64,000 nt of DNA. It comes from an uncultured Gammaproteobacteria bacterium. Lineage in GTDB: Bacteria > Patescibacteriota > Patescibacteriia > JAHIZJ01. The notes beneath the pieces are model-generated. The model was given only the letters and a program-made list of their open reading frames with translations. It ran no database searches and had not been told where the DNA came from. The stretch lies in the NCBI GenBank assembly GCA_964594455.1, contig CAZQLY010000004.1:61972-125971 (forward strand). Direction: 5' to 3'. Shown here one piece after another: positions 38,383 through 47,745 of this stretch. The position numbers and the translations under genes are program-made. The first letter of the stretch is position 1, and every line of letters begins with the position of its first letter.

Positions 38383-38874
38383 CTATTTTGTTCTAGGGGG
38401 CAAGAAATTTTCCAACCTGGTTTTATAATAATATTTGTGCCAGATCGTATGGTTGATCGAGAAAATTCTCAAAATCGGGATCAGAAATCCGATATACTGC
38501 TGAGCGTTTTTTCTGCCCTGCCACTCATAAATACCCAAGTAATTCTTGGCGTTTGGATCAACCATCCATAGTTTTGTTTTTAACCCGCTCAGCCCGCTCC
38601 AAAACGGGGTGGTCAAAATGCAAATGCGCTGAAACAACCAGTGCATAAAAACATTTGAATCTATCAGCTTCAAACGAAATCCAATCACCAGAACTGTCGG
38701 TTCAGTCACGTCACGATGCAGCCTTTTGGTTTCACGAAACACAACGAAACTTCCAGCCTGATCCAGATCAACGATCTTTCCCAAACGATCTCTTTTTAAT
38801 CGCAACCAAAAAACATTCCACGGAAAACGGAATATGGAAACAAGAATGAGATAAATAATTCTATATGCTTTCAA
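38383..38874 (-). CDS. hypothetical protein
   Basis: 163-aa ORF immediately upstream of the heliorhodopsin gene in the same operon. Confidence 0.45.
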   Translation of the reverse strand: MKAYRIIYLILVSIFRFPWNVFWLRLKRDRLGKIVDLDQAGSFVVFRETKRLHRDVTEPTVLVIGFRLKLIDSNVFMHWLFQRICILTTPFWSGLSGLKTKLWMVDPNAKNYLGIYEWQGRKNAQQYIGFLIPILRIFSINHTIWHKYYYKTRLENFLPPRTK

Positions 38875-38879
38875 CTTTT

Positions 38880-39257
38880 TTAGATGGTCTCCCCTAATTC
38901 ACCCAAATAATAAGTACTTAAGGTTGCTTCAGCTTCGGCTGTGTGAGTGTCCTCTCCTCCCTGCGTAGAAAATTCCTGAGTAGCATCAGTACCGCAATTC
39001 GGTATGATTCTGTCGCTACCACCGGGATGTTGATCAATAAAATCAGTAACATCATAAACTCCACTATCAATTAATAACCAGCAATCGCTGGCAGAATCAT
39101 GTTTTGATAATTCACCCATAGTTAATTGCGTACCGGCAAAATTCTCTACATTTGAATTCGTATTGCTGTTAGCCTCATTGCTTGGAGAATTGGAACTCAT
39201 CCACCAAAGCCCAGCTACAGCTATAACGATAATGCCGATTATTATGGCTGTTCTCAT
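38880..39257 (-). CDS. membrane-anchored cytochrome b5-like heme-binding domain protein
   Basis: N-terminal TM helix. HPGG heme motif in DFIDQHPGGSDRI. Confidence 0.8.
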   Translation of the reverse strand: MRTAIIIGIIVIAVAGLWWMSSNSPSNEANSNTNSNVENFAGTQLTMGELSKHDSASDCWLLIDSGVYDVTDFIDQHPGGSDRIIPNCGTDATQEFSTQGGEDTHTAEAEATLSTYYLGELGETI

Positions 39258-39267
39258 AAAATATCAG

Positions 39268-39600
39268 TTAGAAATAATATTCTAAGACTACTATTAATAT
39301 AGATAAAGAGTTCAGCACTATCGTGGCAATGCTTAAATTGCGGTATCGCTTGGACAATCTTCGTCTAATAATTACAGCAACTATGGCCGGGATCATCAAC
39401 ACCGCTGAAACCCAGAAATAACCGACAAACGCTATAATATACTCACCGGTTTCGATAGACAAATTCATGGTCATCAACAGAGAAAAATATGGGATCAGGC
39501 TTAAAATAAAGGCTGGGTAAACAAGCAAAGTATGGGCTACTTTTTCCTTTGGTTTATTGCTGTCCTTGGGTTTGAGCCGATAAGTTACATCTTTCAACAT
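39268..39600 (-). CDS. 3-TM membrane protein
   Basis: Hydrophobic helices. 10-nt spacing to both neighbours. Confidence 0.5.
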   Translation of the reverse strand: MLKDVTYRLKPKDSNKPKEKVAHTLLVYPAFILSLIPYFSLLMTMNLSIETGEYIIAFVGYFWVSAVLMIPAIVAVIIRRRLSKRYRNLSIATIVLNSLSILIVVLEYYF

Positions 39601-39610
39601 AAAACGTCTC

Positions 39611-40189
39611 TCACTTATTTAGGGTACCTTCTAATACATGGTCTGCGGGCGCTGGATCACCATCGTCCGGCTCCAGAGTCAAAACGTAGAAATCATGATC
39701 GGTTAGATCCTGAGTCGAACTGTAAGTGTTTGTATAAACTCCGTCTTTCTTTTCCACCACGCCCGTACTGATAACATCCAGGGGAGAATTTCTGACAATC
39801 CAGCCTTCGTAGAAGTCAGATCCTTCGGGATCATCTAAATCTTCAAAAGTGGCTAATAGCATATACTGACCCGCATCATATGTGGCCTGAGCAATACCGC
39901 TACTAATACCGCCAGTGACATCAAACAAAGTTCCAACGTATTCATAGACCATCTCGCCAGCTTGCTCTTCCATAGCTTCAGTCATTTCTACAGCATTATT
40001 ATCTTCGGTAGCCTCAACGTTTGTTATGTTTAGATTGGTGTTAGTGTTCAAACTCACCCCTTCATCGGTTTCGTCATCACGAGCAGCTGGCAATATGACA
40101 AAAAATATCAAGGCTACAACTAGAAACGGCAACACTACAACTATCACCGTATTAGTTATATTGTTCTTGGGTCCGTTTTGTTGGTCCAT
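39611..40189 (-). CDS. membrane-anchored extracytoplasmic acidic protein
   Basis: N-terminal TM helix and an acidic ectodomain. Confidence 0.5.
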   Translation of the reverse strand: MDQQNGPKNNITNTVIVVVLPFLVVALIFFVILPAARDDETDEGVSLNTNTNLNITNVEATEDNNAVEMTEAMEEQAGEMVYEYVGTLFDVTGGISSGIAQATYDAGQYMLLATFEDLDDPEGSDFYEGWIVRNSPLDVISTGVVEKKDGVYTNTYSSTQDLTDHDFYVLTLEPDDGDPAPADHVLEGTLNK

Positions 40190-40206
40190 GGGTTTAAAAT
40201 AATTGC

Positions 40207-40701
40207 TTAGTTAAATTTAAATCCAATCAAAAATCTGACAGTCCGGATCACGATCGCAATAGCTGTGCCAATTATTCCGATCCAGAGTACTATTTGCAAA
40301 ACTATATCCAGCCAATCCCAGCCTGGCCAGACTGAGAAATCAAATGGAAAAACCGACAGCGTTACCCACATGCCCCAGATATTCAGGCCGTCAATCAGGG
40401 TCTTGCCAGTAAAAAAGATTGGCCGGATGTGCAGGATTATCAAAACCACCCAAGCAATTATTGTGGCCGTAGCCGTTATATTAACCACTCGCAAAACTTG
40501 GTCCCAATTATCAGTCAAAATCGGAAAACCCCACTTCACTAGATTGTTGGCTATGAAAAGCCAGATGGCGGAACCAATGATCCCGCCAAAAGCATCAGAA
40601 TATTTGAATCCCTTTTTCTTTTTCTTATTGGGTTTTTCTTCGGCCGATTTTACCTCGGGTGTTGATTCTTCCATAACTGCTTCTAAATTGCTATTTAACA
40701 A
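40207..40701 (-). CDS. polytopic membrane protein
   Basis: 4 TM helices and a K-rich N-terminus. Confidence 0.5.
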   Translation of the reverse strand: MLNSNLEAVMEESTPEVKSAEEKPNKKKKKGFKYSDAFGGIIGSAIWLFIANNLVKWGFPILTDNWDQVLRVVNITATATIIAWVVLIILHIRPIFFTGKTLIDGLNIWGMWVTLSVFPFDFSVWPGWDWLDIVLQIVLWIGIIGTAIAIVIRTVRFLIGFKFN

Positions 40702-40833
40702 AACTAAAAATTATATATAAATTATACCATTATTTATCTGGTTTCAGAAATAAGCTGGTCACAAACCAGGTAGAATGTATCAGCTAGACAAAAATCAAAA
40801 TGCTAGCTTTTTGCTTCAAATAATGGTGATTTT

Positions 40834-42729
40834 CTAATAGGCAAACGCACCGACCGCCACGTCAACCCCGCCGCGGAAACTTTCATCATAGGCAAAGAAG
40901 TGGTCAATGAATTCTCCTGCGCCATCAAAAACTCTGACGTGCGGCCCGCCGCCCTCTTCCACGCCGGTAATTATCTCATCCACTCCGTCACCATCGACAT
41001 CACCTGAGACAACCTTGATACCGCCGGAAAAAGTTTCAGCGTATGGCATGAAAGAATTAGTTTCCACGCCATAACGAGTGAATACTTTAATCTCCGGTGG
41101 CGTCTTGCCCGGACCGGAAGCAGTGATTATCTCATCTCTGCCATCACCGTTAATGTCTCCGGCCGCTACCTTGATGCCGGTTCTTTCGGTTTCTGATCCG
41201 ACGAAGAATCCGGGTGTAAATATCATCTCGCCCGTACCAGTGAAGGTTCGGACATGGGTACCGGCTCCATTGCCTGTACCGCAAATTATCTCATCTGTTC
41301 CATCACCATCCAGATCGCCAGTAGCCACTCTAATACCTGTTCTGAGATTAGACGCATACGCAAAGAATCCTGCGGTTACGTCAGGTTCACCCGTAACTCC
41401 GTCAAAAACCCTGACATGAGGCCCGAATCCTTCTGGAACGCCAGTGACTATTTCACCCTTGCCGTCACCGTCTACATCACCGCAAGCTACATAAACTCCG
41501 CCCTGAATGTTGTCAGCATAGGCCTTGAATTCGGTTACATCATGTCCCTCTCGATCAAACACTTTTACCCATGGTTCTTGGCCAGGGCCAGTGGCTGTAA
41601 TTATTTCGTCTATGCCATCACCGTCTACATCACAAGCTGAAACATGAGCTCCACCTCTAAAATTTTGATCAAAGGCGAAAAAGCCACCAAGTTGCATATA
41701 GGGAGGTGCTGTTGAAACAGCCTCACCATGATAATTAAATAATCTAATTTGAGGACCACCACCTAATCCCGGTGAGGTAATAATATTATGTACAGGTGAA
41801 TAAACTGCAGCAAAATAAGAAGCATGATCTACGGTAAAAGTACATAAAGAATAATTATTAGGATCATCTTCCAGGGGTCCAACCCACCATCCGTTTGCTA
41901 CGCAAGTTGTTTCATTGGCCCAGGAATCTTCGCCTTCTTCCAGCGACTGGATCAAAAGCCTCTGGCCGCGATAGGCCCAATCAATGGTCAGGGTCACTGT
42001 AACATTTTTACTAAAATCAAGATTTAAGCCAGGAATACCGATCCGCATAGTATAAATCGGTTCATCATTCAAGCCTCTGCTAGTTAGTTCCTCAATATCA
42101 AATTCTTGGTTTACCATCTTATAAAAAGCAAAGCTGCCGCCGTCTTGTCTGGTAACTTTAGTTCCTTCTGGAAAAGTAACCGAGGTCGTATCAGAAACTA
42201 ATGTCCAATCAGCCTCAACCAAAACAGAGGATTCTTCAGTGGTGTTTCTGATGGTTAAATCCTCGGCTCCAGGAAACATGGTGTTTAAACTAGTAGAATC
42301 ATAGCCAGCGCAGTTACCGATATTGTCATAAATAGCTAAAGTTTCAACAATCCAGATTCCGGTTTTGGACCATCTGGGCATGGTAAAAGTAGCTTGATAA
42401 GTACCATCTAAAGAATTACCAGATACCCGCGTAAAATCATAACCGCCGATTGATTGCGTACCTATTAAAGGAGTTAAAGCCATATATATACCCGATCCTC
42501 CGTCGCAACCCTCGTCTTCCGGCGAACAGACTCCAGTCAAGTCATCAGTTACTTTCACAGTGACAGTAATCTCCTGATCTTCGTCGGCTGTATTGACCCT
42601 AATCGGAGTGATGTTGAAATCGGTCAATACTGGCGGATCAGCGTCTTCCAGAGCCGAGGTTGTTGCAGGATAAGTTAATAATAACAAACCAAAAAGGAGC
42701 ATTGATAAATACATTCTTTTCGTCATCAT
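40834..42729 (-). CDS. secreted FG-GAP-like beta-propeller repeat protein (third paralog)
   Basis: Signal peptide. N-terminal beta-rich domain. C-terminal repeats GDxDGDGxDEIIxxxGPGxxPxVxVF. Confidence 0.8.
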   Translation of the reverse strand: MMTKRMYLSMLLFGLLLLTYPATTSALEDADPPVLTDFNITPIRVNTADEDQEITVTVKVTDDLTGVCSPEDEGCDGGSGIYMALTPLIGTQSIGGYDFTRVSGNSLDGTYQATFTMPRWSKTGIWIVETLAIYDNIGNCAGYDSTSLNTMFPGAEDLTIRNTTEESSVLVEADWTLVSDTTSVTFPEGTKVTRQDGGSFAFYKMVNQEFDIEELTSRGLNDEPIYTMRIGIPGLNLDFSKNVTVTLTIDWAYRGQRLLIQSLEEGEDSWANETTCVANGWWVGPLEDDPNNYSLCTFTVDHASYFAAVYSPVHNIITSPGLGGGPQIRLFNYHGEAVSTAPPYMQLGGFFAFDQNFRGGAHVSACDVDGDGIDEIITATGPGQEPWVKVFDREGHDVTEFKAYADNIQGGVYVACGDVDGDGKGEIVTGVPEGFGPHVRVFDGVTGEPDVTAGFFAYASNLRTGIRVATGDLDGDGTDEIICGTGNGAGTHVRTFTGTGEMIFTPGFFVGSETERTGIKVAAGDINGDGRDEIITASGPGKTPPEIKVFTRYGVETNSFMPYAETFSGGIKVVSGDVDGDGVDEIITGVEEGGGPHVRVFDGAGEFIDHFFAYDESFRGGVDVAVGAFAY

Positions 42730-42811
42730 TTTCTATTAATTTTTAGGTAATTTAATTATACCAGATTACAAAGAATCATCCCAGCCGCCTCTCTAACTAG
42801 TATACTGTTTA

Positions 42812-43843
42812 TTAACGCGGTTTGACGGCACGCTTAATCATATGAGCCACATTTTGGTTCATATTTTTTGGTATTAATTTGGTTGTCGGTTTCTTTTCCT
42901 GAAATATGCGAAAAATTTCATCGGCAAAAGCTTGGCCCACAGTCTTAACATTTTTGAAATCAAAAATTATACTGCTAAATTTTTCCAATCCAGCTGTCAC
43001 CCGACGTGCTTGAGAACGCGATAAGTAATCTGAATTCATATCATGCAGACGGATTGATACCTTTGTCTTGGAAAAACTATAAGCTGAATCGCCATATTCT
43101 TGAAACACCTTATCTAACGAGCGTTTCGATCTCTCACTGATTAAAAACGAGACTCTGGTGCCGGAAGTTCTTTTGACATCCCGGATAAAAAAATCATCAA
43201 TTTCATTATTTACTACTAGCTTCTTCCGTCCGCTCTGCAGAGTATATAAATCGCCGACTTTTGAAGTAAAAAATATTCCCTCGCCGCTGTGGTTTTTTGG
43301 CGCGGTAGTCTGCTTTCCCTTCAGGATAAAATCAACCGCTGCCAGCTCAGAATCCAATTTGTGCTGACGCATGATGTTGTTAAAAACACCAATACCCTTA
43401 TCGTTTATCTCGAATCGCACATTACCGGCCATCCTGAAGATGCTAAGATTTATCTCTCTGGACCGGGAGTGTTCTATGGCATTATTAAGCATTTCAGTAA
43501 AAGCATAATCCAAAATCGCAGATACATTTTCAGTCAAACCGATATATATCCCGGTCGAGCGCTTAATCTCTTCCAAGACTAAATCTTCATCCAGTCCTCG
43601 GTTAATCAGTCTTTTACGAATGCTCGTTATTTTCTTCCGAGCGCTTAAAACAGCCTGGGGCTTAGCCAGGACATAACGAATTTTATTAGTCCGCCCCACC
43701 GGCACTATCTCGCCCCGATCAACCAGTTCCCGGAAAAACTTATTGACATAGACTCTGGAAAAACCCGATTTATGCACCATCTCAGAGGGCCGCAGACTGC
43801 CACGTTTTTTAATTATTTCTAGTATTTCTTTACTTAAATCCAT
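42812..43843 (-). CDS. wHTH + GHKL ATPase-like + DUF4325 (STAS-like) regulatory protein
   Basis: N-terminal wHTH. N-box EMLNNAIEHS. C-terminal IIFDFKNVKTVGQAFADEIF resembles DUF4325. Confidence 0.55.
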   Translation of the reverse strand: MDLSKEILEIIKKRGSLRPSEMVHKSGFSRVYVNKFFRELVDRGEIVPVGRTNKIRYVLAKPQAVLSARKKITSIRKRLINRGLDEDLVLEEIKRSTGIYIGLTENVSAILDYAFTEMLNNAIEHSRSREINLSIFRMAGNVRFEINDKGIGVFNNIMRQHKLDSELAAVDFILKGKQTTAPKNHSGEGIFFTSKVGDLYTLQSGRKKLVVNNEIDDFFIRDVKRTSGTRVSFLISERSKRSLDKVFQEYGDSAYSFSKTKVSIRLHDMNSDYLSRSQARRVTAGLEKFSSIIFDFKNVKTVGQAFADEIFRIFQEKKPTTKLIPKNMNQNVAHMIKRAVKPR

Positions 43844-44032
43844 ATATTTAGTTTACAAGTGTATTTTATCATATAATAAAAAACTTGTAAACTAATTATT
43901 AATTAATCAACCAATATACTTATCAACTGAAAATCACAGCCACACCCCCCAGCCAATCCAGAATCTTGTCCAGCTGGTTTTGGAAATAGTTGTAGCTTTC
44001 AAACCGATGCTGGGGCTTAGACAAAAACTATT

Positions 44033-44437
44033 TTAGCTTATATCTATAATATAAGTGCTGATAAATTTCTTTGCGGCGGCAATGGTTTCGTCTTTCAACT
44101 TTGGGTTGCTTTCCGTTACCCACTTGGTAAAGTTATACAGCTCATGAGTATCTACTCGCAGCCATCTATTATTCTTATACAAAAAATAAAAAAGCGTAGT
44201 CATGGCAATCCTCTTATTGCCGTTGCGAAAAGGATGATTCTTAATCATGAAATACAATAGTACAGCCGCTTTACCCTCTAGCCCTTTGTAAAGTTCTCGA
44301 CGGCTAAAGGTTTGAAACGGTGATTTAATGCAAGATTCCAGGATGCCCGGGAATCTAGTATTAAATTCTGGAATTGTTTCATTCCAGGTCATTGTCTCCC
44401 GGGCCAACCGGTGACCAACATACTCGATCTCTTCCAA
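44033..44437 (-). CDS. doc: Doc/Fic-family toxin (death-on-curing)
   Basis: HPFRNGNKRIA matches the Doc motif HxFx(D/N)GNKR. Confidence 0.8.
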   Translation of the reverse strand: MEEIEYVGHRLARETMTWNETIPEFNTRFPGILESCIKSPFQTFSRRELYKGLEGKAAVLLYFMIKNHPFRNGNKRIAMTTLFYFLYKNNRWLRVDTHELYNFTKWVTESNPKLKDETIAAAKKFISTYIIDIS

Positions 44438-44448
44438 ACTAATGGTTT

Positions 44449-44697
44449 TTATTCTTGTCCGAGCAATTTTAACGTCTCCCCGTATTCCTTAACCGTTTTT
44501 TTTACCGCCTTTTCAATATTCTTCTTGCCTTCTTCAGTTAGCTCCAATTCCGAACTCGCTATTTCTGAAGCCGGAATAACATAATTCCTGCCAACTTTTT
44601 CCGCTTTGATAACACCGCTTTTTATTTTCTTAAATACAGCAATACGGCTAATTCCCAGCATATTAGCAGCTTCTGTTGTTGAGTAGTATTTTTTCAT
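44449..44697 (-). CDS. HTH antitoxin partner of Doc
   Basis: YSTTEAANMLGISRIAVFKKIKSG is an HTH. It sits 11 nt upstream of doc. Confidence 0.6.
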   Translation of the reverse strand: MKKYYSTTEAANMLGISRIAVFKKIKSGVIKAEKVGRNYVIPASEIASSELELTEEGKKNIEKAVKKTVKEYGETLKLLGQE

Positions 44698-44704
44698 ATA
44701 TCCT

Positions 44705-44742
44705 ATGTTAACCTTTATATTTATATGTTAACATATGTTAAC
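44705..44742. promoter_or_regulatory. three ATGTTAAC repeats; putative operator of the HTH-Doc operon
   Basis: atgttaac at 44705, 44725 and 44735, directly upstream of the antitoxin start. Confidence 0.4.
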
Positions 44743-44951
44743 TTAACTGTCAATATCACAAAAACCGACTACAGCCACTTCCCTAGCCATTATGACATCT
44801 GTCTATATAAGTCTGTTTTTATTTTTTTAATTCTTAATTCTTAATTTTTAATTTAATTTCATTTCCCCACGCAGAGATATAGCTGACTATTTAATAGACT
44901 AGAATAAGGGCGGCTAGGATTGTGAGGAGGGTGGGCATATTTTATTTAATG

Positions 44952-45767
44952 CTAGGCATCAATTATCCCTCTAGGATTAGCAATATATTTCTTTTTATTT
45001 TCTTCTAATTTGAAACTTATTTTATAATTATTTTTATTATCCGGTTCGTATTTATAAACAAATTCATCTCTATTTAACGGATCGTATGGCATTTTATTTA
45101 TATAGGAATTATTATTAACCAAATAATCATATAAATCATTCCAATGCTTTGCATTAGGGTATTCGTTTTTATCACTATAAAATAGTTCTAAAGCTGATTG
45201 CATGGTTCTAATATCTGCCAATCTCTTTGCATCTCTCGCTTTCAACCTCGCTTTATTTAAAGATACTATTGCTATTATAGTTAACAATAATATAAAAGCA
45301 GCAAAAATTAATATCACATATAAAGTCGAGCTAATATTTTTCAAAAATGGAAACGCTCTGTACAATAAAAAAATAAAATTAAATATTATCATCCAACTTA
45401 TCAGAGAATAGAATGGCTTAAAAGGACTATATAATAATTTATAGTCATTTTTTATTGATCCAAATCTAAAAAATTCTCCAACTTGATTTTTTACATGTTC
45501 CAAATATTCATATTCGCTCATTAGTCTTTGTAACGTAATGAAGACAACAATACCAAAAAATAATAATGGTAACAACAAAAACCAGGTTATTAGAACATCG
45601 GTTCTTTCATATATTTTATAATTAATCAATGCTATTGCTACTGTGATCAAAGAAAAAACTGTCGTAAAATAAAATTTTATTAAATTTAAATAAATATCAT
45701 CAATCTTCTTCATCCGATCGGTGCTTTGTTTAAATTCTTCTAACAAATATTTTTTAAAATCATCCAT
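44952..45767 (-). CDS. 4-TM membrane protein with a C-terminal type IV pilin-like segment
   Basis: After the last TM helix, ARLKARDAKRLADIRTMQSALELFYSDKNEYP resembles the pilin/pseudopilin conserved region. Confidence 0.45.
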   Translation of the reverse strand: MDDFKKYLLEEFKQSTDRMKKIDDIYLNLIKFYFTTVFSLITVAIALINYKIYERTDVLITWFLLLPLLFFGIVVFITLQRLMSEYEYLEHVKNQVGEFFRFGSIKNDYKLLYSPFKPFYSLISWMIIFNFIFLLYRAFPFLKNISSTLYVILIFAAFILLLTIIAIVSLNKARLKARDAKRLADIRTMQSALELFYSDKNEYPNAKHWNDLYDYLVNNNSYINKMPYDPLNRDEFVYKYEPDNKNNYKISFKLEENKKKYIANPRGIIDA

Positions 45768-45805
45768 ATTTTATAATCCTCTAGCCAGTTTTCTAATAAT
45801 ATTTT

Positions 45806-45945
45806 TACTGATTCTACTCATTAATAATGAAAGTGTGGAAAATGCGGCTTGACATTGTAAACACTATATGATATAGTCTACTCGGATGACTTCCGTCTGA
45901 ACTGTGGCGTTTATCGCCGCGTTCCCGCAAGGGATAGGACGGGAG
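45806..45945 (+). ncRNA. candidate small RNA with its own promoter and intrinsic terminator
   Basis: TTGACA, then 17 nt, then TATAGT. The downstream transcript can fold into a three-way junction: P1 cuuccguc/gacgggag, P2 ggcg-uuuau-cgcc, P3 uccc-gcaa-ggga. A U-tract follows. Convergent with the DUF3800 gene. Confidence 0.3.
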
Positions 45946-45947
45946 TT

Positions 45948-46580
45948 TTATTTTGGCCAAACTTGAATATTCATTTCCCTATGTGCAATCATCCTATGAT
46001 ACTTTTCATGATTCCTTTTCTTTTTTAGACAATATCTATTAATCATACCCGCAATATAATCAGCAAGTTGTAGTAAATTATTACTATTTGATCTTTGCAT
46101 TTTCACTTTTCCAATACATTTTTTACCTTCATTGTTTATTTTTCTTCTTAAATAAGTGGCTAGCTGATTTCTGAATTCTTGATTACCGCTCTTGTCAATA
46201 ACAACCGTAGCTTTCTCCAGATCATCGTGAGCATTTTGGAAAACTAGATTACATGCATATTTATAAAAAGAATGCTTGTCTTTAAAGCCGTCTCCCCATA
46301 ATTTTTTTGGATCTTTATTAATAACAATTCCGTAATAAAAAAATTCATAAGGAGACACCGCTTGTAAAAAAGCACTCCTTACTCTGTTAGAGTTCCTTTT
46401 GAAATGGAATTCTTCATTATTATCCCAACCTAATTCATGTTTTAGCAGAGCAATTCTCCGATCGCAGGCTTGGGCTTCCTCATTATCAGAAAACAACACT
46501 AAAGCAACAGTAAAATACCTGCTTGATCCTTCTTTTATTTTTAAACCGGAATCACCGGATTCATCAATAAATACCAACAT
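45948..46580 (-). CDS. DUF3800 family protein
   Basis: The N-terminus MLVFIDESGDSG is the DUF3800 signature. Confidence 0.7.
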   Translation of the reverse strand: MLVFIDESGDSGLKIKEGSSRYFTVALVLFSDNEEAQACDRRIALLKHELGWDNNEEFHFKRNSNRVRSAFLQAVSPYEFFYYGIVINKDPKKLWGDGFKDKHSFYKYACNLVFQNAHDDLEKATVVIDKSGNQEFRNQLATYLRRKINNEGKKCIGKVKMQRSNSNNLLQLADYIAGMINRYCLKKKRNHEKYHRMIAHREMNIQVWPK

Positions 46581-46639
46581 ATATTTTGTTCTTCACCCTA
46601 ATCCTAACAACAACCCAGATTCTTTACAATATATAATAA

Positions 46640-46828
46640 CTAAACATGCCATAACTGAAACTGCGGGTATGCTTCATTGTCTATGAAATCTAAGTGTTTA
46701 TCATCTTCCCAGACTAACTCTGTGAAGTTCGTATAATCCTCACCATAGCCACGACACATTACTTTTAATCTGATAAATGGATTAAAACGTAATATAAATT
46801 TTGCTGCTAATGGTGATAGGTTAATAGC
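46640..46828 (-). CDS. small hypothetical protein (62 aa) between the DpnI and DUF3800 genes
   Basis: Internal Met of ORF 46640..46981 that avoids overlap with DpnI. Confidence 0.3.
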   Translation of the reverse strand, partial: AINLSPLAAKFILRFNPFIRLKVMCRGYGEDYTNFTELVWEDDKHLDFIDNEAYPQFQLWHV

Positions 46829-46832
46829 CATA

Positions 46833-47603
46833 TTAAGTGAGCTGATAATATCCGCGTTTAATAAAATCAAGATATCCTTTATCACGAAGTATTTGCAGCT
46901 GCTGACGTATTTTATCTTTAATATGTTTGTTATCAGGATGAAGATTAGATAACTCTTTTTCAAATTTATACATATCCTCAAGACAAAATTCTTGCTTGTT
47001 GAGTTTTTCTATACATCTCATGATATCAAGTAGCCAACCTTTCGCTGATATTTCTTTTTCGTCTCGTAGAAATAAAGATTTCTTCCAGCTGGCAAGCACT
47101 TTTTCTGTCGGCTCAATTTGTTTATCTCTAACAAAAAAGATTTTCCCTGTTTGTGGAATACTCTTTAAGAGTATATTACAACCCACCCAACCTGCTCGGC
47201 GCGCCGTGGACAAAAGTGGTTTTCTCTTTTCGATAATATCTGGAACAAAGAAGTGTTTTGGAATAACCAAAAAATTTACTACCTCAAAATTCGTTAGGTC
47301 ATAATTCAGCAGGAAAAAGTTTGGATTGTTACTACTCGTAAGCCGTTCAAGCATTGTATGGTAAGCACCATCTACAATCTTTGTGCCAACAGTATTGTGT
47401 TTGCTTTTTAATTCATAATCCTCTCGGCAATTTGAACAGTAAAAATCGGCAACAGGCTGGTTGTTGGGATACTTATCAATATTGTATTGCCCACAATTTG
47501 GACAGAAGGCGGAATTATCAACCCAATTTTCAGTTAACACGCGTGCTTTTTGGGAATTACTTTTATACTTATCGGCAATTGATGCGCCCAGTTTTAATCT
47601 CAT
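46833..47603 (-). CDS. dpnI: DpnI-family Type IIM (methyl-directed, Gm6ATC) restriction endonuclease
   Basis: Near-collinear with S. pneumoniae DpnI as I recall it: YKSNSQKARVLTENWV, CPNCG...FYCSNC...ELKSK (PD-(D/E)XK plus Zn), and a winged-helix C-terminus KIRQQLQILRDK. Confidence 0.8.
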   Translation of the reverse strand: MRLKLGASIADKYKSNSQKARVLTENWVDNSAFCPNCGQYNIDKYPNNQPVADFYCSNCREDYELKSKHNTVGTKIVDGAYHTMLERLTSSNNPNFFLLNYDLTNFEVVNFLVIPKHFFVPDIIEKRKPLLSTARRAGWVGCNILLKSIPQTGKIFFVRDKQIEPTEKVLASWKKSLFLRDEKEISAKGWLLDIMRCIEKLNKQEFCLEDMYKFEKELSNLHPDNKHIKDKIRQQLQILRDKGYLDFIKRGYYQLT

Positions 47604-47745
47604 AAAATCTTATTATTCAACCTCACCTTTTGTCTTCCCTGCCTTCTTTTTCATATTCAAATCATACCTCCAAACCACAACAAAATCAAGTAATAATTAA
47701 CAATTAATAAATAACGAAAAAACCGCCTGGGTTGGCTGGGCTTAG

